Below are positions 28,501 to 38,218 of a DNA stretch of 64,000 nt, piece after piece. The notes beneath the pieces are model-generated. The model was not told the origin of the DNA, made no database searches, and saw only the letters and a list, made by a program, of their open reading frames with translations. The stretch covers positions 143,091 to 207,090 of the forward strand of contig CALXZG010000001.1 of NCBI GenBank assembly GCA_944393195.1, given 5' to 3'. The stretch comes from an uncultured Alphaproteobacteria bacterium (GTDB lineage: Bacteria; Pseudomonadota; Alphaproteobacteria; CAAHEQ01; UBA3637). The translations under genes were made by a program, and so were the position numbers. Numbering within the stretch: the first letter of the stretch is position 1; every line of letters starts with the position of its first letter.

Positions 28501-28701
28501 GTTATGCCCATGATTTTTGCCACCGGTGCCGGTGCGGGAAGTCAGGTTTCCATGGGGACAAGCGTCTTTTTCGGCATGATTATCGCAACGGCCGTCGGCA
28601 TTTTGTTCGTTCCGGCCTTATTCGCGTTGTTTGCCTCTGTGTCGGATTACTTCGCCCGTTCACAACCGATTCAACCGAAACAAAGGAGACATCAAAAATG
28701 A
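25543..28701 (+). CDS. RND family (HAE1, AcrB/MexB-like) inner-membrane efflux pump
   Basis: 1052 aa with the 12-TM two-large-loop architecture. Contains a KNKNKNKN insertion encoded by an (AAAAAY)4 tract. Confidence 0.9.
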   Translation: MDISRFFIEKPRFSGVIAVVMVLIGLIAIVVLPVSQYPQITPPQIVVTATYPGAGATVLTDTVAVPIENALNGIDGVLYMSSTSSDDGTYQLTITFNIGVDPDMAQVKVENRLQQVKSLLPDIVNQEGLNVKTQSANILGFMVLESPGHTFTGLELSNFAYTTIQNPLGRVPGVGDVTVYGPQNSMRIWLDPLKLAGLNLSASDVVQAIESQNTQAALGSIGSAPVSGNNNLVLGLTTKGLLTSVSDFENITIASSSDGGLVRLKDVARIEIGADNYNLSAEYNNEPSVIIALSQTPGSNALTTMKSLRTEIETLQRSFPDDMILKIAYDSTDFVRASIEGIISTLVITFLLVIGVVYLFLQNLKATVIPMLTIPVSLIATFMVIYAIGFDINILTLFALILAIGLVVDDAIIVVERVQYLMQYRHMDSVSAAVQAMKDIGSSIIATTLVLLSIFVPVGMMAGITGEIYKQFAITIATAVLFSAVNALTLSPALCAIFLRQKENIKNKNKNKNLFCYFNVLLDKLQNAYLQVVGWLTAHLGVMVLLVGAVIGSVILLFLRTPQSFIPEEDQGVIFASIQLPDTAGIDQTEAVLRALGTPILQEKGVAYFMGISGASLLGGSGENIGMAVVGLKPWDERAGKEMTSMAIESRLRTKYGNNPNADVNFFALPAIPGVGNSDGLSFQLNAVTATATTDDLAKALDHILMTLNQNKKEFSYAFSTFIPGTPHLYLDIDRDKLAAYDIPVGTFFETLQNNIGSRYVNNITLMGQINQVVIQADFPSRADIEDVLNLYVPARNGALVQVRNFASVRTVLMPSAINRYNQYLTAAVTAATASGVSTGTAIATVDKTAASLGKAFNIAWTGLSLQEVETAGLALILIALAVVFSYLFLVALYESWLIALAVIFTNVFAVLGALMGLTWMGLPLSIYAQLGIVLLIGLASKNAILIVQFTLSYHRQGMPILQAAVKGAGERFRAVVMTALTFILGVMPMIFATGAGAGSQVSMGTSVFFGMIIATAVGILFVPALFALFASVSDYFARSQPIQPKQRRHQK
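27058..27081 (+). repeat. Hexanucleotide SSR (AAAAAY)x4 inside the RND pump gene
   Basis: aaaaac aaaaat aaaaat aaaaac, in frame, encoding NKNKNKNK. Confidence 0.7.
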
Positions 28702-30128
28702 AATGGGGAATCAACCTGATTTTATTGTCTGGTATTGTCGGATTGGGAATTGCGGCCTGCATGGTCGGTCCGGATTATGTCCGTCCGACCGTGGTTTCTG
28801 ATCAGGCTGTTCGGAATGCCTTGTCTCTTCATTCGGAACAGTCGGGAAATACCGCGCCGTTTACCCTTTTGGATTTTAATGATCCGGTACTTAACGACCT
28901 GATAGCCTTGGCCGAACGTAACAGTCCGACCTTGAAACAAGCGGTCGCCCGCTTAAAGCAAGCCCGTGCAACCCTTCGAATGACGACGGCGGCCGAGGCG
29001 CCCGAGTTAGATGCCGGGGCAAAATACAACGCCCTTCGGGAAAGCAGAAATATGGGATTAATGACGGATGATGATTACTATCAGGTCGGATTGGACGCTT
29101 CATGGGAATTGGATGTTTTCGGTGGTAATCGTCGGCGAACAGAGGCTGCCGAAGCCGGTTGGATCGGTGCCCAAGCCGCTTTGGCGGATGTCCGTGTTTC
29201 TTTGGCGGCGGAAGTGGCTTTGAGCTATATCCGCTTGCGAACAACGGAGGAGTTATTACAACGTGCCAAGGAAAACCTTGCCATACAAAAAGGCATTGCC
29301 CAATTAACGCAGGATAAATACGATACGGGGCTAACGGATGCCATTTCCCTCAAACAGGCGCGCTATGCCGTCGAAAATACGCGTGCCACTATTCCGCAAT
29401 TGCAGGCCGAGGCGACGGTCCAACGGAATGCCTTGGCTCTGTTAACCGGCCAACTTCCGGGGATGGTGGATGATTTATTGGCTTCCGCACACAATAATTT
29501 GGTTAATCAACCGTTTCGTTATCCCTTAAACACATTATACGATTTACCGGTCGATATCATTCGCCGTCGTCCGGATGTTCGGGCAGCGGAGGAATCCTTG
29601 ATCGCCCAAAACGCCTTAATCGGTGCGGCTGTTGCCGATTTGTATCCGAAGATTAGTGTCACGGGTTTTCTGGGATTTGAATCTCTGAAAGGCAGTGATT
29701 TAATCACGGGAAAGAGTTTTATGGCCAATGCGGTTCCTCAGGTTAGTTTACCGATTTTTCACTTCGGAGCCCTGAAAAATAATGTCGAACTGCAAAAACA
29801 AAAGAAGGAAGAACAGGTGGCGGCTTATGAACAGGCTGTTTTGCAAGCGGCCGGCGATATTCGGAACGCGCTTGTCAACTTGGAAAACGAACAAAAACGC
29901 AACCGATCGGCGCGGGCGGCTTATCGCAATATGACAGAAGCCGCCGAACTAACCCGTAACCGGTACCAAAACGGATTGATCGAATATACGGATGTATTGA
30001 ATGCCGAAGAACGTCGCTTGTCGGCTCAGGAGCAAATGATTCAATCCAACGGACAACAATATCAAAATATCATCTCTTTCTATAAAGCTATTGGCGGCGA
30101 TACCGTTTTTAATCATCACGCTGAATGA
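28698..30128 (+). CDS. Efflux outer-membrane factor lipoprotein (NodT/OprM family)
   Basis: Lipobox ...GIAAC, two TolC-like repeats. Start overlaps the pump stop. Confidence 0.9.
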   Translation: MKWGINLILLSGIVGLGIAACMVGPDYVRPTVVSDQAVRNALSLHSEQSGNTAPFTLLDFNDPVLNDLIALAERNSPTLKQAVARLKQARATLRMTTAAEAPELDAGAKYNALRESRNMGLMTDDDYYQVGLDASWELDVFGGNRRRTEAAEAGWIGAQAALADVRVSLAAEVALSYIRLRTTEELLQRAKENLAIQKGIAQLTQDKYDTGLTDAISLKQARYAVENTRATIPQLQAEATVQRNALALLTGQLPGMVDDLLASAHNNLVNQPFRYPLNTLYDLPVDIIRRRPDVRAAEESLIAQNALIGAAVADLYPKISVTGFLGFESLKGSDLITGKSFMANAVPQVSLPIFHFGALKNNVELQKQKKEEQVAAYEQAVLQAAGDIRNALVNLENEQKRNRSARAAYRNMTEAAELTRNRYQNGLIEYTDVLNAEERRLSAQEQMIQSNGQQYQNIISFYKAIGGDTVFNHHAE

Positions 30129-30240
30129 TATATTCCTTGATTAGTATGTCATTTCGATAGATATTTTTTTCTTGTGTATTTTTTCGGGCTGTGCTAAAAT
30201 CAACCGCAAACGATAATGCGGTTCAATGATTGGAGACGGT

Positions 30241-31722
30241 ATGCCCCTGACATCAACATGTATAGATCATTTTAAAAACACAAAAATATTGGTGATCGGC
30301 GATGTTATGCTGGATAAGTTTAAATACGGTAAAGTTGAAAGAATTTCACCGGAAGCGCCGGTTCCGGTCTTTAAATTCGAACACGAAAAACAAATGCTCG
30401 GTGGGGCGGGAAATGTTGTCGCCAACCTGGTCAGTTTGGGGTGCCAAACAACTTTTATCGGTATTATTGGAAAAGACGATAACGGCCTTAAAATCCGGGA
30501 ATTGCTCGATCAAATCGGTGCCCGCAGTCATTTAATCAAATTAAAAAATTATCGGACGATTGTCAAAACTCGTCTGATTGCCGGAAACAACCATTTACTG
30601 CGTGCCGATCAGGAAGAAATTTTTCCGGTCAATGAAGATGTGTTGCCGAAGTATCAAAAAATTTTGGAACAGATTGTTAAAAAGTATGATATTATTTTGG
30701 TGTCGGATTATAACAAAGGGCTTTTGACACCCGTTACCACCCGAATGATTGTTGATATTTGTCGGAAATATCATAAAAATGTTATTGTTGATCCGAAGGG
30801 AAACGATTACGCAAAATATGCCGGCAGTTATTTGGTTAAACCGAACTTAAAAGAATTTTCCGAAGCAACGGGGCGTAAATACGATCCGAAATCGCCGGAT
30901 TTTAAAGAACAGGTAATTCAAGGTGCCCGCCTCCTGTTTGACAAGTTTAACATTCAAAATTTGGTTATTACGCTGAGCGAACACGGTATGATGTTTATTC
31001 CGTCCCAACCCGATCATCAACCGGTGCAAATTCCGACTCAGGCCAAAGAAGTTTTTGATGTCAGCGGGGCAGGGGATACATCTTTGGCCGCTTTGGGTGC
31101 TTCTTTGGCGGCCGGTTTACCGATTTTGGAAGCGATTAATATGGCCAATATTGCCTCGGGTATTGTTGTCGGTAAATTGGGAACGGCTACCGTCAGTCCG
31201 GATGAATTGTCGGAAGCTTTAACGGAACAAGAAAACACAACTGATATATGGCGGCAAAAAAGAAAAATCATAACGTTGAAACAGGCGAAAACAATCGTCG
31301 AAAAATTACGGGCAAAGGGGCTGAAAATCGGTTTTACAAACGGTTGTTTCGATTGTTGCCATTTGGGACACCTGAATTCTTTTATGCAGGCCAAACAATT
31401 ATGCGATGTGTTGATTGTGGCCGTTAATTCGGATGCTTCCGTTAAACGATACAAAGGCCCGAACCGTCCCATTCAGGACGAACAAACCCGTTCCATTTTA
31501 TTGGCTTCGTTGGAATTTATCGATTACGTTATTTTGTTTGAAGAGGATTCCCCCATTGATATCGTCCGAACGTTAAAACCTGATATTGTGGCCAAAGAAG
31601 GATACACGTTGGATCAATGGCCGGAGGGTCGTTTGGCGATCAGTTATGGCGGCGAAGCCGTCACATTAAACCGGTTAGAGGGTTATTCCACCTCCGATCT
31701 GGTTCATAAAATGAAAGGGTGA
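30241..31722 (+). CDS. hldE: Bifunctional D-beta-D-heptose 7-phosphate kinase / heptose 1-phosphate adenylyltransferase
   Basis: N-terminal ribokinase-like domain (GAGDT) plus C-terminal cytidylyltransferase domain (GCFDCCHLGH). ATG 30241 follows a GGAG RBS. Confidence 0.9.
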   Translation: MPLTSTCIDHFKNTKILVIGDVMLDKFKYGKVERISPEAPVPVFKFEHEKQMLGGAGNVVANLVSLGCQTTFIGIIGKDDNGLKIRELLDQIGARSHLIKLKNYRTIVKTRLIAGNNHLLRADQEEIFPVNEDVLPKYQKILEQIVKKYDIILVSDYNKGLLTPVTTRMIVDICRKYHKNVIVDPKGNDYAKYAGSYLVKPNLKEFSEATGRKYDPKSPDFKEQVIQGARLLFDKFNIQNLVITLSEHGMMFIPSQPDHQPVQIPTQAKEVFDVSGAGDTSLAALGASLAAGLPILEAINMANIASGIVVGKLGTATVSPDELSEALTEQENTTDIWRQKRKIITLKQAKTIVEKLRAKGLKIGFTNGCFDCCHLGHLNSFMQAKQLCDVLIVAVNSDASVKRYKGPNRPIQDEQTRSILLASLEFIDYVILFEEDSPIDIVRTLKPDIVAKEGYTLDQWPEGRLAISYGGEAVTLNRLEGYSTSDLVHKMKG

Positions 31723-31725
31723 CAT

Positions 31726-32301
31726 ATGAAAGAATATATTGCCGACCAATTACTGGAACTGTCCCGACAATTACAAACATTCAGCCATCAATCCGCCGAA
31801 ATTCAACACATAGCCGATATGTGTGTCGCGGCGTTACGACAGGGACGTAAAATCATTTGGTGCGGAAACGGTGGTTCGGCGGCACAAAGCCAACACCTGG
31901 CGGCCGAATTGGTCGGTCGATATCAAATCAACCGTCCCGCCATGAATTCTATTTCTTTAACCGTGGATACTTCTTGCCTGACGGCTGTCGGCAACGATTA
32001 CGGCTATGATGTTGTCTTTTCCCGTCAGTTGGAAGGTGTGGGACAGGCGGGCGATATCCTGATCGGTTTGTCGACAAGCGGTCGCTCCCCCAACGTGATT
32101 CGTGCTTTTGAACAAGCTCAAAAAATGCATATCACAACCATAGCCATTGTCGGCGGAACGGGTGGTCCGATGAAAGAAATGGCGGATTACGCTTTGGTTG
32201 TGCCGGCCACTACTTCCGCCCATATTCAGGAAATGCATATCGCGGCCGGGCACCTGATTTGCGATGTGATAGAAAGAGAATTTTATGGCTCCCCCAAATA
32301 A
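31726..32301 (+). CDS. gmhA: Phosphoheptose isomerase (SIS domain)
   Basis: 191 aa SIS fold (GNGGSAA...STSGRS). Confidence 0.9.
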   Translation: MKEYIADQLLELSRQLQTFSHQSAEIQHIADMCVAALRQGRKIIWCGNGGSAAQSQHLAAELVGRYQINRPAMNSISLTVDTSCLTAVGNDYGYDVVFSRQLEGVGQAGDILIGLSTSGRSPNVIRAFEQAQKMHITTIAIVGGTGGPMKEMADYALVVPATTSAHIQEMHIAAGHLICDVIEREFYGSPK

Positions 32302-32761
32302 AGCCCTTTTTTTGGATCGGGACGGTACGATTAACGTCGATTACGGTTATGTGTATCAGGCGGATAAATTCGACTTGATTGACGGGATTATTGATATTTG
32401 TCGGGTGGCGCAGGAAAAAGGCTATTTAATCATTGTTATTACCAATCAATCCGGTATTGCCCGCGGTTATTATACCGAGGCCGACTTTCACGCCATAACA
32501 CAACATATGAAAGATGTATTTCAAAAGCACGGTATTCATATCACGGATGTTTTTCATTGTCCGGATTTAACGGGCGAGGATAGAAAACCCAATCCGGGAC
32601 TGTTTTTGAAAGCACAACAAAAATATAATATCGATATGGCGGCTTCTATTTCCATCGGTGATAAAGAACGGGATATTACGGCGGCAAAAAAAGCTGGCGT
32701 TTCTCGGAATTTTTTGTATAATGGGCATAATTACGAAATGATAAAGGAGAAAATAGGATGA
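32285..32761 (+). CDS. gmhB: D-glycero-D-manno-heptose 1,7-bisphosphate phosphatase (HAD)
   Basis: FLDRDGTIN HAD motif I; 158 aa. Confidence 0.85.
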   Translation: MAPPNKALFLDRDGTINVDYGYVYQADKFDLIDGIIDICRVAQEKGYLIIVITNQSGIARGYYTEADFHAITQHMKDVFQKHGIHITDVFHCPDLTGEDRKPNPGLFLKAQQKYNIDMAASISIGDKERDITAAKKAGVSRNFLYNGHNYEMIKEKIG

Positions 32762-33744
32762 TTATTGTGACGGGCGGGGCCGGTTTTATCGGTTCAAATA
32801 TTTTAAAGGGATTGGAAGATAAAGGATACCGTGATTTGGTCGTGGTTGATTGGCTGGGTACCGATGATAAATGGAAAAACATTATGAAACGGGAACTGGC
32901 CGCCGTTGTCCTGCCGGAACAAATGGACGCTTTCTTACAAAAGCATGAAAAGGATATTACGGCCGTTATTCATATGGGGGCTATTTCAACCACAACGGAA
33001 AAAGATGTGGATTTAATTGTCCGCTCCAATCAACAAATGACTTGGAAGCTGTGGGAATTTTGTCGCGATTTTAATAAACAGTTTATCTACGCTTCCTCCG
33101 CTGCTACATACGGATCGGGGGAAAACGGTTTTGAAGACAGGGAAGATCAAAACTATTTAAACAATCTGCGCCCCTTAAATCCCTATGGGTGGAGTAAGGC
33201 CTTTATGGATCGGAAAATTGCCCGGGAAATCGGCGAAGGCAGAAAATGCCCCAAACAACATGTCGGATTAAAATTTTTCAATGTGTATGGTCCCAATGAA
33301 TATCATAAAGGGGGACAAAAAAGTGTTGTTGCCCATATTTTCCCCGTTGTTCAAAAAGGCGAGGAAGTAAAATTATTTAAATCATATCATCCCCAATACG
33401 CCGATGGTCAACAATTGCGTGATTTTGTCTGGGTCGGCGATATTGTCAATGTTGTTGTTTGGATGTTGGAACATCCCGAAGTTAACGGCCTGTTTAATGT
33501 CGGATCGGGGGAAGCTCGCTCTTTCTATGATTTGGCGGCGGCCACATGGCATGCCATGGGACAGGAACCCAAAATCGGATATAAGGATATGCCCGAAGAA
33601 CTTCGCGGAAAATATCAATATTATACCAAAGCAGATTTAACAAAATTGCGTGCTGTCGGATACACTGCCCCTATGACACGATTGGAAGACGGTGTGGCCG
33701 AATATGTGCAACAGTATTTGAATTGTGATGATATTTATCTGTAA
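32758..33744 (+). CDS. hldD: ADP-L-glycero-D-manno-heptose 6-epimerase
   Basis: SDR fold with N-terminal MIIVTGGAGFIGSN and YxxxK. Confidence 0.9.
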   Translation: MIIVTGGAGFIGSNILKGLEDKGYRDLVVVDWLGTDDKWKNIMKRELAAVVLPEQMDAFLQKHEKDITAVIHMGAISTTTEKDVDLIVRSNQQMTWKLWEFCRDFNKQFIYASSAATYGSGENGFEDREDQNYLNNLRPLNPYGWSKAFMDRKIAREIGEGRKCPKQHVGLKFFNVYGPNEYHKGGQKSVVAHIFPVVQKGEEVKLFKSYHPQYADGQQLRDFVWVGDIVNVVVWMLEHPEVNGLFNVGSGEARSFYDLAAATWHAMGQEPKIGYKDMPEELRGKYQYYTKADLTKLRAVGYTAPMTRLEDGVAEYVQQYLNCDDIYL

Positions 33745-33755
33745 ATAGGAAAGTC

Positions 33756-34679
33756 ATGAAAAAGATTTTGGTGATTAAATTAGGCGCTTTGGGCGATTTT
33801 GTCTTAATGACCGGCTTGATGCAATCTATCCGTCGGGCTTATCCGGATGCGCATATTACCTTGATGACAAACCAAAGCTTTATCAAACTGGCTCGCCAAA
33901 GCGGTTATTTCGATGATTTCATTGTGGATAACCGAACACATAAGGTTAAAGATTACATCCGTATCATTCGACAACTGGCCTCAAACCGTTTTGACCTGAT
34001 TTTCGATCTTCAAATTTCTAAAAGAACACGTCGCCTGTATTATTGGGCAACTCGGATTTTTGCCAAAAGAAACTTTACTTGGGCAAAACTGACATCCGGC
34101 GGTTTTTGTTTCATTAATATCGTCAAAAAATATCCGCTGACATGGGGGCGAACTACACAACAAACACAAAAATGGACAAGCTTTCCGCCTACGCTCACTT
34201 TTTGCCGGGGCGATAATACCCATTTTGATTTATTACCGGATCGGTATGTTTTGCTGATTCCCGGTTGTTCCGCCAATCATCCGTATAAAAGATGGCCGGC
34301 AACCTCCTATGCCGAACTGGCACACAAATTAGCCGAAAAAAATATCCCGACGGTTGTTCTGGGTACCTCAACCGAGCGGGAAGAAATCAACGTTATTTGT
34401 TCACGGGAACCGATGGCGGTTGATTTTTGTAATAAATCCTCCTTAATGGATATTCCTAATTTGGCACAAAAAGCCTTGGCTGTTGTGGGGAACGATACCG
34501 GTCCGACACATATGGCCTCCTTGGTTGACAAACCGGTTGTCGCCCTGTTTTGTGAAAAAACGCAAAGGTCCGCTCTTTCCCTGCCGAATGTCCATAATAT
34601 TATCAAACAGAATATAGCCGATATTACCCCGGACGAAGTCTTGGTACAACTGCAAAAAATGATGCCTTTGGAAGGGTAA
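33756..34679 (+). CDS. ADP-heptose:LPS heptosyltransferase (GT9)
   Basis: GT9 family architecture (MKKILVIKLGALGD...). Last gene of the heptose cluster. Confidence 0.8.
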   Translation: MKKILVIKLGALGDFVLMTGLMQSIRRAYPDAHITLMTNQSFIKLARQSGYFDDFIVDNRTHKVKDYIRIIRQLASNRFDLIFDLQISKRTRRLYYWATRIFAKRNFTWAKLTSGGFCFINIVKKYPLTWGRTTQQTQKWTSFPPTLTFCRGDNTHFDLLPDRYVLLIPGCSANHPYKRWPATSYAELAHKLAEKNIPTVVLGTSTEREEINVICSREPMAVDFCNKSSLMDIPNLAQKALAVVGNDTGPTHMASLVDKPVVALFCEKTQRSALSLPNVHNIIKQNIADITPDEVLVQLQKMMPLEG

Positions 34680-34767
34680 ATCCCCCAAAAAAAAGAGTGC
34701 TGACTTGCGCGGGCGGTTTTATCTGCCTATGTTTTTCCTGTACTGATTAAAAAAGGGGGAAATAATC

Positions 34768-35064
34768 ATGCCGGAATTTGCAAATATTAACAGTGTTTAT
34801 ACACCGGATAAAAAATTAACAACCATTGAAATGTTGCGTGCCATTAAGTTTGCAATCGCTTCGGAATACGAAGCAATTCAACTCTACCAACAAATCATGG
34901 AATCAACGGATAATAAAGACGTTAAAATCGTTCTGTCCGATGTTGCCAAGGAAGAAAAACACCATGTCGGTGAATTGCGAAAACTACTTGAAATCCTGTC
35001 ACCGGAAGATGAAAAAGAATATCAACACGGTGATCGGGAAACGGTGGAAAATCTGGGACAATAA
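34768..35064 (+). CDS. Small ferritin-like/rubrerythrin-family di-iron protein
   Basis: 98 aa with paired E...ExxH-like motifs (SEYEAIQLY, KEEKHHVGEL). Strong terminator follows. Confidence 0.45.
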   Translation: MPEFANINSVYTPDKKLTTIEMLRAIKFAIASEYEAIQLYQQIMESTDNKDVKIVLSDVAKEEKHHVGELRKLLEILSPEDEKEYQHGDRETVENLGQ

Positions 35065-35085
35065 AAGCGGATTTTTCCGCTTTTA
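35063..35085. terminator. Rho-independent terminator (bidirectional)
   Basis: AAAAGCGGATTTTTCCGCTTTT. Confidence 0.7.
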
Positions 35086-35988
35086 TTCATTTTCACCCAT
35101 ATTTATCCGGTTCTTTGCTCGTTCTGTTTGATACCGATAGGCAACGGCCCGTAAAACCCGTATAAAATCGGGATCGGTTAAAAAAGTTCCGTCATCCGGC
35201 GGATGAATCCGCGGAGCTTTCGCCAAAAAGGCGGCTCGTTCTTCGGGTGGTAAAGAGGTTGCCTGAGTTCTGGCTTCAAATATAGCCTGTCCGTGCCCGA
35301 CAACATCGTCGTCATAGGCCACCTGTTCGGGAAGCCATCTCCGTCGAAAAGCATAAGCGGACGATTCCAAATCCCGCCCTTCGGTCGGATATCCGATAAT
35401 ATCCAATAACTCTTTAACGGTATATTCGGCCATTTTGTCGGCATCGTCCAACCGATACCATAATCCGATACCGGCTTCGGCCAACCGTTGCCAAGGAAAA
35501 GCCTTTCCGGGATCGGCTTTGGCATCCGGAACAATATCGCTGTGTCCGACAATGTTTTCGGGCGGGATATGATACCGCGCCATTATATCCTGAACCAATG
35601 GGATAAGGGCTGCGATCTGTTCTTCTGAAAAAGGCGTTTGTCCGAAATCCGGATGCTGTAACTCTATCCCGACAGAGGCTTTGTTCAATCCGTTTAATCC
35701 GTGCCAATAGCTGACCCCCGCATGCCAGGCAACTTTATCCTCCGGTACCACAGGAATAATATGCCCCGCCGTGTCAATAATATAATGAACACTGATACGA
35801 CTTCTATCCAAAGTCCGCAACATTTCTGCCACGGATAGGGTAAAATGGTGAATCACAATATGTGTCACCGGTTGCATGCGTGTTTCACTGTGGGGCAGGG
35901 GCAGGCTCGGTATAAAATCGTCCCTTTGTACCGGTTGACTGACCAGGCATATCAAAATCATAAGAAACATAAAATCGGCTTTTGTCAT
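35083..35988 (-). CDS. N-acetylmuramoyl-L-alanine amidase (Amidase_2, AmpD/AmiD-like) with signal peptide
   Basis: Start set to the ATG complement of 35986-35988 after a GGAGG RBS, giving MTKADFMFLMILICLVSQPV. Amidase_2 zinc ligands (H...H...D) recognisable. Confidence 0.75.
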   Translation of the reverse strand: MTKADFMFLMILICLVSQPVQRDDFIPSLPLPHSETRMQPVTHIVIHHFTLSVAEMLRTLDRSRISVHYIIDTAGHIIPVVPEDKVAWHAGVSYWHGLNGLNKASVGIELQHPDFGQTPFSEEQIAALIPLVQDIMARYHIPPENIVGHSDIVPDAKADPGKAFPWQRLAEAGIGLWYRLDDADKMAEYTVKELLDIIGYPTEGRDLESSAYAFRRRWLPEQVAYDDDVVGHGQAIFEARTQATSLPPEERAAFLAKAPRIHPPDDGTFLTDPDFIRVLRAVAYRYQTERAKNRINMGENE

Positions 35989-36000
35989 AATGCCTCCGTT

Positions 36001-36032
36001 AAAAAGCCCCGTCTGAAACGGGGCCATTTTTA
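36001..36032 (-). terminator. hisS terminator hairpin
   Basis: GCCCCGTCTGAAACGGGGC with a T-run on the minus strand. Confidence 0.6.
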
Positions 36033-37340
36033 TGCTTGCAATATAGCGATTAAATTTTCCTTAAACTCGGAAACCGGTACAACTTTTTGGACACCCGTTT
36101 CCATGTTTTTGATCAGGACTTGCCCCATCGCCGCCTCCTGCTCACCGATGTAGGCCGCCGCTCGCGCCTGACGTTTGTTGGCTCTTCCCATAAATTTACC
36201 GGTTTGCGCCGCCTTGAAATCACAATCGGCCGATAAACCGCTATCCGTCAAAGCTGCCGACATTTTAAGGATATCCGGCAAAGCCGCGGCCCCGTATCCG
36301 CCGATTAACACATCCACCGCCGGTATAACCCGTGTGTCCGGATATTTGGCTTTGTATAACTCCTCAATAACAACATCGCCGAACCCAAGGCCACACGCCT
36401 CTGTTGCCCGTCCGGTCAATTTTTCAAACAAATGATCATACCGGCCACCGCCGAAAATAGCCCGAAATTTCCGGTTGGTGTCAAATGCTTCAAAGACTAT
36501 CCCGGTGTAATACGCCAACCCGCGCACAATCGCCGGATCGATCATGATATAGTCACGAATCCCCAAAGCCTCACAGGCCGCCAAAAAAGCCTTCATATCG
36601 GCCATACCCGGTGCGTCTGCCAATCCGAAAGCCTCAATTTCCGGCAAACTACGTGCATTCATAAAGGCCGTAATTGCTTGAATCTGATTGTCAAGAACCC
36701 CGATTTCACGCAACATATCGGCAAAAACTTCGGGTGCCACTTTGTCCTTTTTATCCATAACCCCCATTACGGCAACGATATTCTCTTCCGTTATCCCGAT
36801 AGAAATTAAAAAGTCGCTGACCAATTGGCGGTTATTGACATGGATTTGAAAATCAGCCGCCGAAAATCCGATTTTCTGTAAAGCCGCTACCGCTGTTTTA
36901 AGCAGGTACGCCTCGGCTACACACTTTTCTTCCCCGATAATATCAATATTCCATTGAAAATGTTCCCGCTTCCGTCCCAAAGAAGCCCGTTCGTATCGGA
37001 AACATTGACCGATTGCATACACTTTTCCTTGGGCCGTAAAGGCATCACGGTTTCCCGCTACAATCCGAACCATGGAAGGCGTTAACTCCGGCCGTAACGC
37101 GATTTTCCGCCCCGATTTATCCTCAAAATTGTAAATTTGATCGGAAATTTCCTCTCCCGCTTTTCTTTCCAATAAAGATAACGGTTCGACAATCGGCGTT
37201 TCATATCGCACAAAGCCATGCTCTTCGGCCGCACTTGTCCACGCCGTCATTAACTTTTGCCGAAAAATCCAATCTTTCGGAAGAAAATCACGCATGCCGC
37301 GTAACGGAAGCTTGTCAATCGACTCTGTTTTTTCTGCCAT
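36030..37340 (-). CDS. hisS: Histidine--tRNA ligase
   Basis: Class II aaRS motifs and C-terminal anticodon-binding domain. Start at ATG (MAEKTESIDKLPLRGMRDF) with a GAGGA RBS. Confidence 0.9.
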   Translation of the reverse strand: MAEKTESIDKLPLRGMRDFLPKDWIFRQKLMTAWTSAAEEHGFVRYETPIVEPLSLLERKAGEEISDQIYNFEDKSGRKIALRPELTPSMVRIVAGNRDAFTAQGKVYAIGQCFRYERASLGRKREHFQWNIDIIGEEKCVAEAYLLKTAVAALQKIGFSAADFQIHVNNRQLVSDFLISIGITEENIVAVMGVMDKKDKVAPEVFADMLREIGVLDNQIQAITAFMNARSLPEIEAFGLADAPGMADMKAFLAACEALGIRDYIMIDPAIVRGLAYYTGIVFEAFDTNRKFRAIFGGGRYDHLFEKLTGRATEACGLGFGDVVIEELYKAKYPDTRVIPAVDVLIGGYGAAALPDILKMSAALTDSGLSADCDFKAAQTGKFMGRANKRQARAAAYIGEQEAAMGQVLIKNMETGVQKVVPVSEFKENLIAILQA

Positions 37341-37585
37341 ATTTTTATTCCTCATTTATATCGGTTGTTTTTTTGCTACTGTATGTGAAAAGCGACCGAA
37401 AGTCAAGGATTTTTCTGTATTTCTGTTCCGCCTGTTTTGTTTTTCCGGTTTTTCTGCAAATTTTGCTTGCTTTTTCCCATAAAAAAGTGTATAAATACCC
37501 CGCGCGTCATGGGGATGCGCGACAAGAGTTTGGTTCACCCCTGGAGGACATCTCTTGTAGTTTTTTAATTTAAAAGGATAAAATT

Positions 37586-38215
37586 ATGAAATCGACAAAG
37601 TTAAACGCAACAAAACGTGTGAAAGCTGGTAAGGGGGCCTCTCGGGCAAATCGTCGGGCCGGTCTGATTCCTGCTGTTATTTACGGAGATAAAAAAGAAC
37701 CGGTAATGATTGCCTTGGAAGAAAAGGTTTTGGTTGCCGAAATGAATAAAAAAGGTCTGTGGACCCGTCAATACGAAATCGTTGCCGACGGTGAAAGCCA
37801 CCACGTCTTGTGCCAAGATATCCAAAAACACCCGGTTTCCAACCGGCCGATTCATGCGGATTTCTTGCGCATTTCTAAAAATTCTCACTTAACATTGGAT
37901 ATTCCGTTGACATTTGCGAACGGAGAAGTCGCGCCGGGTATTAAGAAGGGCGGTATTTTGAATATCGTTCACCGGACGATTGAAGTCAAATGTACACCGG
38001 ATAATATCCCGGAAACATTTGTCATCGATTTGGCTCAGGCCGAAATCGGCGATTCTTTCTGGGCATTTGCCATCACATTGCCGAAGGGCGTTTCTTTGAC
38101 GGCCGAAGAAGACTTTACGGTTGCGACCATCGTCACACCGACACAAACCGAAGAAGCTCCGGCCGTGGAAGCTGCTGCTCCGGCGGCTGATGCTGCGGCT
38201 GAAAAGAAGGAATAA
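37586..38215 (+). CDS. rplY: 50S ribosomal protein L25 (Ctc form)
   Basis: L25 N-domain plus C-terminal extension, 209 aa. Confidence 0.9.
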   Translation: MKSTKLNATKRVKAGKGASRANRRAGLIPAVIYGDKKEPVMIALEEKVLVAEMNKKGLWTRQYEIVADGESHHVLCQDIQKHPVSNRPIHADFLRISKNSHLTLDIPLTFANGEVAPGIKKGGILNIVHRTIEVKCTPDNIPETFVIDLAQAEIGDSFWAFAITLPKGVSLTAEEDFTVATIVTPTQTEEAPAVEAAAPAADAAAEKKE

Positions 38216-38218
38216 CCC

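Noticed and set aside
36003-36027. Neisseria-like DNA uptake sequence (CCGTCTGAA) within a hairpin
   Set aside because: Single near-match (9/10) embedded in an ordinary terminator stem-loop. No other copies were seen, and other genome features (AddA-type helicase, gene order) do not point to Neisseriaceae.
37356-37585. Promoter or leader structure in the hisS-rplY divergent intergenic region
   Set aside because: A TTGCTT/TATAAA pair exists but with a 21-nt spacer. The GC-rich CCCCGCGCGTCATGGGGATGCGCGAC segment does not form a clean hairpin. Not confident enough to annotate.
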